From Neoechinorhynchus agilis (taxonomy: Eukaryota; Animalia; Acanthocephala): a DNA stretch of 64,000 nucleotides. The position numbers and the translations under genes are program-made. Where the stretch lies: positions 15,540,784 through 15,604,783 of the forward strand of contig CM121341.1 of the NCBI GenBank assembly GCA_051530055.1, read 5' to 3'. The notes beneath the pieces are model-generated. The model did not search any database. It worked only from the letters and a program-made list of their open reading frames with translations, and was not told where the DNA came from. Numbering within the stretch: the stretch's first letter is position 1; each line of letters begins with the position of its first letter. Of the stretch, positions 38,375-49,116 are shown piece after piece.

Positions 38375-39365
38375 AATAAATCTTGTATTAAGTCACATGA
38401 TCAATTTAGCGATCAGCTGCTTCGATAAGCTCAATAAATTGCCGAATGTAAGCAATTATTTCCTGGTGGCATTCAGGTGGAAATTCATATCGATTTTTAC
38501 ACAGATTCTCTTAATATATAAATCCAAAATTTAAAACTTTTGTCTGTAAGCTAATGAATAAAATAAATCCTATATTTCAAGAACCGACAATTTACATTAT
38601 TGAATTAGCGGTCAATTGCTTTGACTAGCTCAATAAATTGCCGAATGTTAGCAGTTATTTCCTGGTTGCATCCCTGTTGAAATTAATTTCAGATTTTACA
38701 GATATTCTCTTAATATATCAATACAAAATTTAAAATTTTATCTGTAAGCTAGCGAATAGAAGAAATCTTAAATTTAAAGCATCGATAAGCTACATGATCA
38801 AATTAGCAATCAACTTCTTTGATTGGCTGCATAAAATGCCCGAGGTTATTAATTATTTGCTTGCGGCATCCAGGGGAAAATTTATATCGACAACGATCCT
38901 CTTAATTTATAAAAAAAATTGATAGAGGAAATCTTGTATTTTAAGCACCGATAATTTACAATATGAAATTAACGATAAATTGCTTAGATTGGCTCAATAA
39001 ATTGCCGGATATTAGAAATTATTTGCTTGCGGCATCCAGTTGGAAATTTATTTCAATCTTTAAGGAGATTATTAATTTATAAATAATTTTTGCACTTTTC
39101 GCTATCATCTAACGAATAGAAGAAGTAATATATTTTAAGCACCGACAAGTCACATGATCAGTTTAGAGATCAAATGCTCTGATTAGCTCCATAAATTTCC
39201 GAATATAAGCAATTATTTCCTATTGGAATCCAGGTGGAAATTTATTTCTATTTTTACATAAATTATCTTAATTTAAAAATTCAAATTTTTTTACTTTTGG
39301 CTGTAAGCTAACGAATAGAAAAATCTTATATTTTGAGCACAGTTAAGATATCATGGTCATTTTAG
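38375..39365. repeat. Degenerate tandem repeat, about 198-bp unit, about 5 copies
   Basis: TCAATAAATTGCCGAATG-like anchors at 38431, 38630, 38828, 38994, 39188 (spacings 199, 198, 166, 194). Confidence 0.85.
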
Positions 39366-39766
39366 AGATCAATAGCAAATGTTAATTTAACACCATTTCG
39401 TAGGTTCATAAAATACTAATAACACGAATTCTAAATAAAATTTTCGGCACATTAATTCCGGGATGTTTCAACTTCGGTCTCCCGCAATCATTCGAAATGC
39501 TTCATGAGATTTATGCTAAACGGAAAATTAGTTAGCAAAATTACGATTTGGTATAAATGAACCAACTTTTTTTACTTTTAAGAGTGCACTAATCTGTGTC
39601 AAAAATTAATTTGTAAACTGAAAACAATGTGTTTGTGTTGATTTCGATTTTCACTGTTTTAGTACTCAACAAAAAATAATCTGCAATTTATCTCAGAGTA
39701 GAATTTTTTTTAAGATGAGGATATTTGAGAACATTCTATTGATTTTTAAAATTTATTGTTAATGAC

Positions 39767-39780
39767 GTTGTCATGGATAC
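39767..39780. promoter_or_regulatory. RFX X-box upstream of alpha-tubulin
   Basis: GTTGTCATGGATAC (reverse GTATCCATGACAAC) fits RTHNYYWTRRNRAC; ends 68 bp before the ATG. Confidence 0.6.
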
Positions 39781-39847
39781 TCTGCTCCTAGTACAGAAAG
39801 GAGCGGCTGGATAAGCAGCATAGTCAACCCTCGTCTTCACCACCGTA

Positions 39848-41236
39848 ATGCGAGAGTGCATCAGTATTCACATTGGTCAATGTGGAGTTCAAATTGGAAG
39901 CGCTTGTTGGGAGCTGTATTGTTTAGAACATGGACTGGATGCGCAGGGTAATAAGCTCGAGTGTTTACAACAAGTAGCAGATGAGTCGTACCAGACTTTT
40001 TTCTCAGAAACTCGTTGCGGTAAATATGTACCACGAGCACTGGTGGTGGACACCGAGCCTTCGGTGGTCGATGAGATACGAGTTGGAACTTATCGTCGGT
40101 TATTTAATCCCAACACCCTAATAACGGGAAAAGAAGATGCTGCCAATAATTTTGGCCGTGGATATTACACCATTGGTAGAGAAATGCTCGATGCTTCAAT
40201 GGATGCTCTTAGAAAACAGTCAGAGCTCTGTGATGGCCTCATTGGTCTATTCACATTTCATGCTTTTGGAGGTGGAACCGGTTCGGGATACACTGGTTTG
40301 GCAATGGAAAGAATGTCTGATGAGTATGGGAGTCTGACAAAGCTTCAGTTTTCGGTGTACCCATCGCCCCTTTTAGCCACTGGGGTAACGGAATCTTACA
40401 ACAGCGTCTTGCACACCCACACTGCTATGGAGCATTCTGATTGTGCATTCTGTTTGGACAATGAAGCACTTTACGAAATTTGCAGAAGATACCTCCACGT
40501 TGAATCACCAAGTTATGTCAATTTGAACCGGATAATTGGGCAGGTGGTTAGTTCCATAACTGCACCTCTTCGATTCCAGGGTCCAATAGCTGTAGATCTC
40601 AATGAATTTCAAACAAATCTTGTCCCATTTCCGAGAATTCACTATCCAATGGTTACCTACGCTCCGCTAATCAGCGAGCAAAGATCCTGCCATGAACTTT
40701 TGAGCACATCGGAACTAACTTCATCACTATTTGATCCTAATGCTCAAATGATTAAATGTGACGCTCGAAATGGAAAGTATATGGCTTGTTGCATTCTATA
40801 TAGAGGAGATGTGTATCCTTTGGACGTGAACGTAGCCATCGCTTCGCTAAAAAAGCGAAAACTTCTGAATATGGTGGAGTGGTGTCCAACTGGATTTAAA
40901 ATAGGACTTAATAATCAGCCTCCAACGTATGTACCCGGAGGAGATATTGCTCGAGTTCCTAGGGCTGCATGTTTATTGGCAAATACATCAGCAATTGGGC
41001 AATCATGGGAACGTCTTAATAACAAGTTCGATGCTCTGTTCAATAAGAGAGCGTTTATACATTGGTACATTGGAGAAGGCATGGATGAACAGGAATTTCA
41101 TGAAGCCAAAGCCAACCTTACGGCGCTGGCTGCCGATTATCAAGCTATCATCAGTGAAGCTGATTTCGAGGAAGCTGGAGAGGAAGCCCTTAACGAAGAA
41201 GATGAAGAAGGGGGATTCGAGGAGTTTGAATATTAA
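39848..41236 (+). CDS. Divergent intronless alpha-tubulin
   Basis: [63 protein letters not shown], acidic tail ending EY. Confidence 0.97.
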   Translation: MRECISIHIGQCGVQIGSACWELYCLEHGLDAQGNKLECLQQVADESYQTFFSETRCGKYVPRALVVDTEPSVVDEIRVGTYRRLFNPNTLITGKEDAANNFGRGYYTIGREMLDASMDALRKQSELCDGLIGLFTFHAFGGGTGSGYTGLAMERMSDEYGSLTKLQFSVYPSPLLATGVTESYNSVLHTHTAMEHSDCAFCLDNEALYEICRRYLHVESPSYVNLNRIIGQVVSSITAPLRFQGPIAVDLNEFQTNLVPFPRIHYPMVTYAPLISEQRSCHELLSTSELTSSLFDPNAQMIKCDARNGKYMACCILYRGDVYPLDVNVAIASLKKRKLLNMVEWCPTGFKIGLNNQPPTYVPGGDIARVPRAACLLANTSAIGQSWERLNNKFDALFNKRAFIHWYIGEGMDEQEFHEAKANLTALAADYQAIISEADFEEAGEEALNEEDEEGGFEEFEY

Positions 41237-41859
41237 TACTTTTTAGTCTCTACTTAAATGCTCATTGACTTTTCAACTAGCAGAATAAACTTTGAAGTTT
41301 GAGTTCACGAGAGCGATTAGATACGAAAACTCAGCGATTGTTTTTATTTTAAAAAAGTAAATACGGCACAACTAAAAAAATGCCATGTATAGAATTTCAT
41401 CTTGTACATACTAAGATTCACTGCGAATCACCTAAAATTCGAATATATTTTGCTGAGAATATATATCCGTTTTCCGCGCCGTTACTAATATACTAGGTTT
41501 ACCTTTAGAGTAAATAAATTAATTCAATACGTTAACATTTCATGACTGAGATCGGGAAACCCTTTATCAGTGCATTTACAGAACTACTTTTTGTTCTTTA
41601 TAGTTATTGTTTAGATCAACCGGGTTTAGACCTAAACAATAATTCCGATCACATTCCCCGGTACCTAACATATCGACGTTCTTTATAGTATCCTTTAAAA
41701 TGTGTTTGAACAAAGACATTTCAAAGGAGTACATTTAATTATTCGTTGCCGACTGTCTCCCAAACAAAAATGCCGTTTACATTTATTCAAACTGGCATCC
41801 ATAATTTTGGAAAAACGATTTATTCTTCTAGTTCTAGCTACTATCTAACTCTAAGCCAC

Positions 41860-42680
41860 CTATATTAATGCTAAGAAGATGCCGATCGTCGCGAAGGAGA
41901 GCGATCCATGGTAGGAAATCTCTTTCGCGGAATTCCTCCAGGTATATGTCGTAGAGTTGGTAAGGCGTTCAAACGCTCGTCGAACTTTATCCTTTATCAT
42001 TTCAAACTTAGTCCTTTTGTTATTTCCTTTGTTACAATTCAATAATGAGCATCACCGTTTTAAAATACCTTTCTGGTTTTGTTTGTCAGATATCGAGTCA
42101 TGATTGTATTCTTAAAAACATGATGACAGATTGCAGTAGACATTTTTACACTCACCGATTTCAGCTACATTAACACCAGGAGATGCGCTAATCCGATCTA
42201 TTAGATCTCGATCATTGGCGTTGAATTCGATCTGGTCGAAATTCTTCAAAGTATATGTAGATTGATCGATTGCTTCCATAAATACGACATATTGTTGATT
42301 TGGCAGCAATGTGTGACACACACTATCCACATCTCTTTCTAAAGCGTCGTGATTCTCGAATCACGTAATCCCGATCTTACCAATATTAACTATTTTGATC
42401 TTGTCTTGAAACCCGTTTCCTTTTATGCCCATCTTAACCGTAACGGATGCGTTGTACAATTGAGGATTTTCCCTATTAATCCTTTCCACTTCGACTAATG
42501 CCACATACGGTGACATTTTAATCCTGTCCTCTACTGATAAATTTCCACGAGGACCATGAAGATCCCAGTATTTGTACCCGGCAACAAATCCGTAGTTTAG
42601 TAAAACGAATAGCTAGAGACTAAGTTGATTATTCGTCTAAATCAGTTTAGTAACTTTACATTGACTGCGAATGTTAACAT
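41860..42680 (-). CDS. Secreted, probably GPI-anchored protein with an agrin NtA/NTR-like domain, 5 exons
   Basis: Introns of 47, 42, 45 and 42 nt give signal peptide MLTFAVNLFVLLNYGFVAG, LSVEDRIKMSPYVALVEV...YNASVTVK..IKG...C...PNQQYVVFM and a hydrophobic C-terminus SLSFATIGIFLALI. Confidence 0.6.
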
Positions 42681-43019
42681 CTGAACTTCTAATTGGTTAT
42701 TCAGAATCTAAGACGAACTACTGTTAGTTTGACAGTCGATTTAATCACCTGTCTAAAGTGCGCAAACTGTAATCAACTTTAATGATGAATTGTAAAGCAA
42801 AAAGCAATATGCTGCGTCAACAATATACATGATTTTGACGACATTGATAAAATCGACGCTTGAGTATCTATTCAATCCAAATGCATCCCTCTGGAAATTA
42901 AAGACTGTCACAGTTTCGAGGTCAAAGAACAGGAAAGCAAAAAACTACATTTTAAGTAGATAATTGCAAATTTACAGAAAGCATATCAACATAGTTTAAA
43001 TTTTTTTAACGAAACAAAA

Positions 43020-44225
43020 GTGATAAATCGATTTTTTACGATACGCATGAAACATTGAGGCTTATCTTTATGAACGAAATCTCGGAAAATTTGTCAATTT
43101 TCTTGCCTGAGAAGACCACGCAGATAAAGTTATATTAAAGTTCTTTAACTACATATTCTAAATAATTCTATTAATCTGGTTTATTAAAGAAAATTCAGCA
43201 GAAATCAAATTATTAAATTTTAAGTTTAAACATTTTGTCATACATTCATAATACAGACTCATACGTTATGATTGTTCGGCAGCTTCCTTGATGGCCGCGG
43301 CGTTGTCGCGTTGGATCGCCGCGCTGATTCGCTGCAGCAGGAAGCTGCTGAAGCGCATAATGAGTACATTTTACAATAGTCAGTCTTTACCATACATTAT
43401 GTGAAATTATTTTTGCTATAAATTTTAACAATTTCACCAACATTTGTATGTAATTTATATAAAAGAGGAAAACTCAACCGCTGTTTTTACCAAATGAATT
43501 CCGATAATTTTTAAAAGTAACCTAATTAAACATGAGAGGCATTCTTCAACGAGGCATCAAATCCAAGACTATAAAATTTAAAAACTCTCCGTTACAAAGT
43601 ATTTAGGCAAAAAGATCTTCAACTTTGTAGCTTTCAGTGGACAGCAACTAACATGAAATTTAACAACTTCTCTTTCAGATGGAGCAAATTTGACTCCATT
43701 TCATTGTATAGAATTTATAGCTCGTTCATTATGGTCATTGCACTTATTGTCGACATCCATTTTGCTGTAAAGACGTGAACAGCAAGATGCTTTGACACTT
43801 ATAAGTCCTTTTGCTTCATTTAAGGGCAAAACAACATCTGATTCATCGGGTATATTTTCTTCACAAAATTCAACATACTGAGTACTTGATAATTTTTCAA
43901 TAACTTCTTTGAGATCTTTAACTTGCGAAATATCCTTTCGGTTAAGTCGCAACTTTATTTCAGTTTCTTTTCCACAACCAAACATTGTCTTCAGCTTTAA
44001 TGAACAGTAGATGATATCCCTAGTTAAATCGATCAGATCAAAGTAATCTGGTCCTTCAACTGATCTGAAAAACGAATCGTCAGTTGATAAGCGTCCGTCT
44101 ATTATGTCGACGGAGTTGGCAAGATTATGAAGCATTTAGGTAATAGCACTTTTCGTATTTAAAGAAACGCTGTTTATGTTTAATGAAAAATTTGTTCAAG
44201 CCAACCAAAGTAAAGAGAATACATC
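43020..44225 (-). pseudogene. Segmental duplicate of the ValRS 3' end (source 48548-49933) with a 291-nt in-frame deletion
   Basis: Near-identical DNA; ORF 43701..44135 (144 aa) equals 49117..49842 (241 aa) minus 97 aa. Confidence 0.92.
43220..43360 (-). mobile_element. Tiny GC-rich CRE-like 3' end inserted in the duplicate only
   Basis: Reverse strand encodes RFSSFLLQRISAAIQRDNAAAIKEA (CRE C-terminus); absent from the source copy at about 48745. Confidence 0.7.
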
Positions 44226-44487
44226 CCTCCTCCTCCTCCTCCTCCTCCTCCTCCTCCTCCTCCTCCTCCTCCTCCTCCTCCTCCTCCTCCTCCTCCTCGT
44301 CTTCATTGTACTCCACGCCTTCATCGTCCTCATTGTACTCTTGGTCTTCATTGTTCTCTTCCTCCCGGAGAAACCTTTGAAATACACGTATTAAATGCAT
44401 TGATTTATCGTTCGTAATATCACGAAGAGCTTCTCGAACGTTAAGACGGAACTGACGTTCGCCGTTTACATTATCTTGGTTATCCAT
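44125..44487 (-). CDS. Candidate acidic D-box protein (REALRDITN) with a poly-Glu tail, running into duplicated ValRS intron sequence
   Basis: MDNQDNVNGERQFRLNVREALRDITNDKSMHLIRVFQRFLREEENNEDQEYNEDD...E-run. Confidence 0.4.
   Translation of the reverse strand: MDNQDNVNGERQFRLNVREALRDITNDKSMHLIRVFQRFLREEENNEDQEYNEDDEGVEYNEDEEEEEEEEEEEEEEEEEEEEEEEEGCILFTLVGLNKFFIKHKQRFFKYEKCYYLNAS
44226..44298. repeat. (CCT)n microsatellite, about 24 units
   Basis: Directly visible; begins exactly at the duplication breakpoint. Confidence 0.97.
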
Positions 44488-45129
44488 TTCTTTTAGCAAA
44501 TTTAGACAATGCTGAAAACAGTGTTCACCTCGCAGTTTTTGAACGAGGGTAATTATCTACTTAGATGAGATTACATAATGTATTCTCGTCACTAGTGCCA
44601 ATCAAATTTTTTTTGTTGATAACCAGTAGCAAATAAGTGCACCATATTAATACTGTCAAATGTTTGTTTCATAGCAATTCAAACTGACGAATGAATTAAA
44701 AATCTTAAAGAAACTACAAAAATGAAGCAGAGCATTCTTCGTAGCTTATTTTTTTACATTCAATATCACCGAATTCTGAATGAAATAGCCATCCGAATCA
44801 CTTTCTTCAAAATTATTTAAATATATTTGAAGTTTTCACATGAATTTAAAAGAAAAGACACTTTACTGATTGCAATCGGTTTTACTCGATCATCGAAGGT
44901 CGAGCAGAAATGCCGCCAGTGAGCACAAATACCGCGAATTACAGCAGATTTAAAGGCTGAATAACATTTCCATGTTAGACTCGGGTAACGAAGTCCTTGA
45001 AATCGAATCATTTTCCAATTGGTCGCTATGACAACTTCCGATCAATTTATTGAAATTTACCTAAATTTCAAAAGCTTCAACAGATCAGCAGAATATAGAA
45101 CTCCCCTGGTTAAAGTCGAGATGCGGAAA

Positions 45130-45790
45130 GGGCGACCCGTTGAGATACAATGCCGAATGTCGCTCCGTCACAAGTATTCACGTAAATTTGAAGTGTTCAA
45201 GGGACTGTCATTTAAAGCGACACGTCATTCCGATTGGTTTGAGTTGATTATCGAGCATTCTTTGAAACGAATGAATTTTCAGGATGCCGTAATTGTGGTG
45301 CATCCCAATTCTTCGTCGGGGGATTCTTTGAAACGAAGGATTTCTAGGGATGCCGTAATCGCGGTTCACCCCAATTCGTCGTTGAAAGATTCTTTGAAAC
45401 AAATGATATTCGGGGATGCCTTCAATTGCTTCGATGGTATCTTAGCGTCCATCATTAATATCTTCGATCTTGTCGGAGATTTAATACAACCGAGACAATT
45501 TCAAACCGTTAGGAGACCACTAAAAAAGATATCGTCATCTGGATGTCAGTTTGTCTTAGAGGGGATAATCAAAATTGTGATTGTTGTAATTATTAAAATA
45601 AATCGTATTTACCAAATCCTACTATGTTGTCAGCGTAACTATCACCTAAATCGTCTGGCTGCCTCGAATTCGAGAACTCGTCAGTGTCGTCCTCTATGTG
45701 TTCCCGAATATATTGTTTTCCATTCACAAAGGAACAGGAGATGGGGACCCCAAGTGATTCCAGGGTGCACTGGACCACTTCGACGCAACT
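45130..45790 (-). repeat. Second copy of the 5150-5760 repeat, abutting the truncated Penelope-like RT
   Basis: Sequence match as above; 66-bp units at about 45280-45430. Confidence 0.8.
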
Positions 45791-46910
45791 ACGGCCGTCC
45801 AGCAGATAATGAACGTATCATCCACATATCTTAGCCAGAGATTCACACCATTCAACTTAAATAAGTATTTATCTTCCCATGTTCTCATATATAGCTCCGC
45901 CAATACTGGGGACAATGGACTTCCCATCAACCTGGTCAAAATTTTCATCTTCAAACACAAAGTTTGAATATTGTGTACAAAATTGGAGAAGCTGGCGCCA
46001 ATTAACAGCTGAGATCTTCCATTCTGTACATTTTTCAATCAATAAGTTTGTGGCTAGCTCAATTACCTCTTTCACCCGTATCCTAGTAAATAATTACGTT
46101 ACATTTGCTGAAACCATCAGATCAGATTCGTTTGGATTCATCTTGTTCAATCGATCAATAAAATCTACTCCCGATTCAACCACATGATTTGACGGGGGTA
46201 GGAGCTGTTTAATAAAACTCGATAATTTCCTCGATGAATTATAATTATAGAAAGAGTGTGCAGCGATGATCACTCGTACTTTGATGGATGTTTTGTGGAT
46301 CTTTGCCAATAAATACATTTTCGGTGTCTTTGCATTCACAGATCGTATTCTTTTATACTGCTCTTCTGGTAGACATTTCTTTTTCACTAATTTCAGATGC
46401 AATCTGCTAAGTTCATTCCCACGTTTCTCTGTGGGACAAACATCTAACCTCTTGAATTCATCCGTTTGGAGAATTTCTTCACCCAGTTGTTCCTTTATCG
46501 ATTTTTAGTATACGTAATCCATATCGTGCATTGATCTCTTTGAGCCTAACCAACATCTTATCCGTTACATTCGAAACCCGATTTTTTCCTTTCATAATCG
46601 CCCTATTGTAAGTTCCGTCAAATTCCCCTAATGGAACATTCTTAATTCTAATCGATAAGTCATACACCAACTCCTCCATCTTAGTTCTCAGGAGCAAATG
46701 TCAAAAGTTCCACCACTTCTTCAGGTAAGACTATATTTGAAAGGTTCTTGCGAGGAGCGACGTAAGACGCAACAGAGTGACTATGGAAACCATCATGACC
46801 CAGCAAACAGGTACTATTTGACAATGCTTCTTTTAAATTGTAGTTTGACTGAAGAAGACCAACGAAAAGGCCGAAATTTTTCAAGATAAATCTATCTTTC
46901 TGAATCAAAG
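45790..46910 (-). mobile_element. Penelope-like retroelement RT, degraded
   Basis: NLSNIVLPEE..LL, KIDKG, TPKMYLLAKIHK...RVII, MGSPLSPVLAELYM, WLRYVDDTFII. Confidence 0.88.
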
Positions 46911-47379
46911 ATCGCTAATTGAAGCTGAAACTATAATGAATAATTTCTTTACCGTATGTATCAGTCTAAGCGATTCAATCACTTATCTGATGTAAGAGAT
47001 CGGTGTGGCTTCATGCCAAGAAGGAAAACTCAAAAACCGAGGAAGGGATGTCCTAAATCTGAATCAATAGAACCGGCTTGCTAGCAAAAACATTTAAGAT
47101 TTCCGGTTATGATTTCGTATCTTTCCGTGTTCTAAGCAATGCGGTTTTTATCTTTGTTTAATAAAGACTCACTTATAAAACTCCTTAGATTATTCAACAC
47201 TAATACTTCACGTCTTATGAGTTTGATCGATAACGTGTATATTCATTAGTAGAATCATTGTAATTTTGTTGACATGAAAAGTAAAACGACTTCAATCGAT
47301 ATGGTTACGTTCCTACAAGATGATCGATAATTCAAAACATGAATTATTTTCTAAAACCATTACGAAGATTTTAATGACA

Positions 47380-48280
47380 TGTGCCGTCCGGTGGTTTGGG
47401 CACCAGAAAAGCAGCTGATAATTCTCTGCCAGCTTATTTGGGATCGTATGAAGCAAGCCGTAAAATAGTTCAATCTTTTCTTAGCGAGAATTACACCTTG
47501 GAAGAAGATTTCGTGGAGGCTCCGGTAGCGAGCAGGTGCCCGTCAATGATTGAAACCAATCACGTTGGGATTCACTCTTAGTAGCGAGAATTTCTTTAAT
47601 TTCAGTTTCCTGTGAGCTGGTGAACCGATCTCGATTGGGCAGTCTCAACTATGGAATCAGATGATTGGCTCAATACTCTCCCAATTGCTTCCGTGGTTAC
47701 ACTTTTCTCCGACGAGACAGTGAAGATCGCAGTGTCCCTGAGATTTGGAGTATCGATGTGCACATCCAATCGCTGACTTTGCGGAGCGACCGTGGAACCA
47801 TTCAGACGCCATGGTCTCGTCTGTCGGCAATCAGTCAGGAAATACTCACAACACGCCGAAGTGAATGCAATTCTTAGTCGGGTAATGAATACTGCGAATG
47901 TGTCCAACATACTAGAGCCGTGCAATCTTTGCGAATCGTTGGCCGGACGCGACGAGAAGACAAATGGGACGCCTGGTGGACGCGCTCGCAGCCAGTAACA
48001 TAAAATTCGCAGGCCGCTGAGGAACGCAAAGGCAAAATACAGGGAGCGGGGTCGAAATCATCATTTCGTTTTCATTTGGCGTTGAAACATTCGGATCTTT
48101 TGGTAAAGCGGCACATTACCTGGTCAGTCAATTGCCCAAGATACTGAGACTAACCACTGGCGATCCGAGATCAGGAGCATTCCTCCTATAAAAAATAAGT
48201 CTGGCTGTACAACGGGGAAACGCTGCTTTCGTCCTTTCGACCGTTACACCAGGACTCCGGCTGAGTGATCCAGAGTGATG
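47380..48280 (+). mobile_element. CRE family A remnant with internal deletions
   Basis: GGLGTRKAAD.SLPAYLGSYEAS, RHGLVC, EVNAILSR, and the shared family A 3' end. Confidence 0.88.
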
Positions 48281-49116
48281 TCGTGGCTGTTTGTAAGGTA
48301 TAAAAAGCAAAAAATTTCTACATTGAGAAAATTGCAATAGAGGAATTTTAACTGAAATCGCCAAATACTTTAACAATATTATCAAGAATTCATCTTATAA
48401 CCTTCAGCGCGCAGACTTTTGCCTTTAGCAAAATAATTTTTATGGAAACAATGGATCTGAATTCATTCTCACATGCAAATAAATAAAGAAGCGCGATAGA
48501 AAAATTTCACAGGACGGCCAGTTCATAACTTATATCGAACGCCATAAAAGTGATAAATCGATTTTTTACGATACGCATGAAATATTGAGGCTTATCTTCA
48601 TGAACGAAATCTCGGAAAATTTGTCCATTTTCTTGCCTGAGAAGACCACGCACATAAAGTAATATTAAAGTTCTTTAACTACATATTCTAAATAATTCCA
48701 TTAATCTGATTTATTAAAGAAAATTCAGCAGCAATCAAATTATTAAATGAGTATATTTTACAATAGTCAGTCTTTACCATGCATTATGTGCGATCATTTT
48801 TGCTATAAATTTTAGTATATTTTTCAACATTGGTCTCATCAGTACTATTTCACCTACATTTGTATGTTATTTATATAAAAGAGGAAAACTCCACCGCTGT
48901 TTTTACCAAATGAATTCCGATAATTTGTAAAAGTAACCTAATTAAACATGAGAGGCATTCTTCAACGAGGCATCAAATCCAAGACCATAAAATTTAAAAA
49001 CTCTCCGTTACAAAGTATTTAGGCAAAAAGATCTTCAACTTTGTAGTTTTCAGTGGACAGCAACTAACATGAAATTTAACAATTTCTCTTCCAGAAGGAG
49101 CAAATTTGACTCCATT

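Noticed and set aside
44176-44394. Poly-Leu, poly-Ser and poly-Arg ORFs
   Set aside because: Alternative frames of the (CCT)n microsatellite
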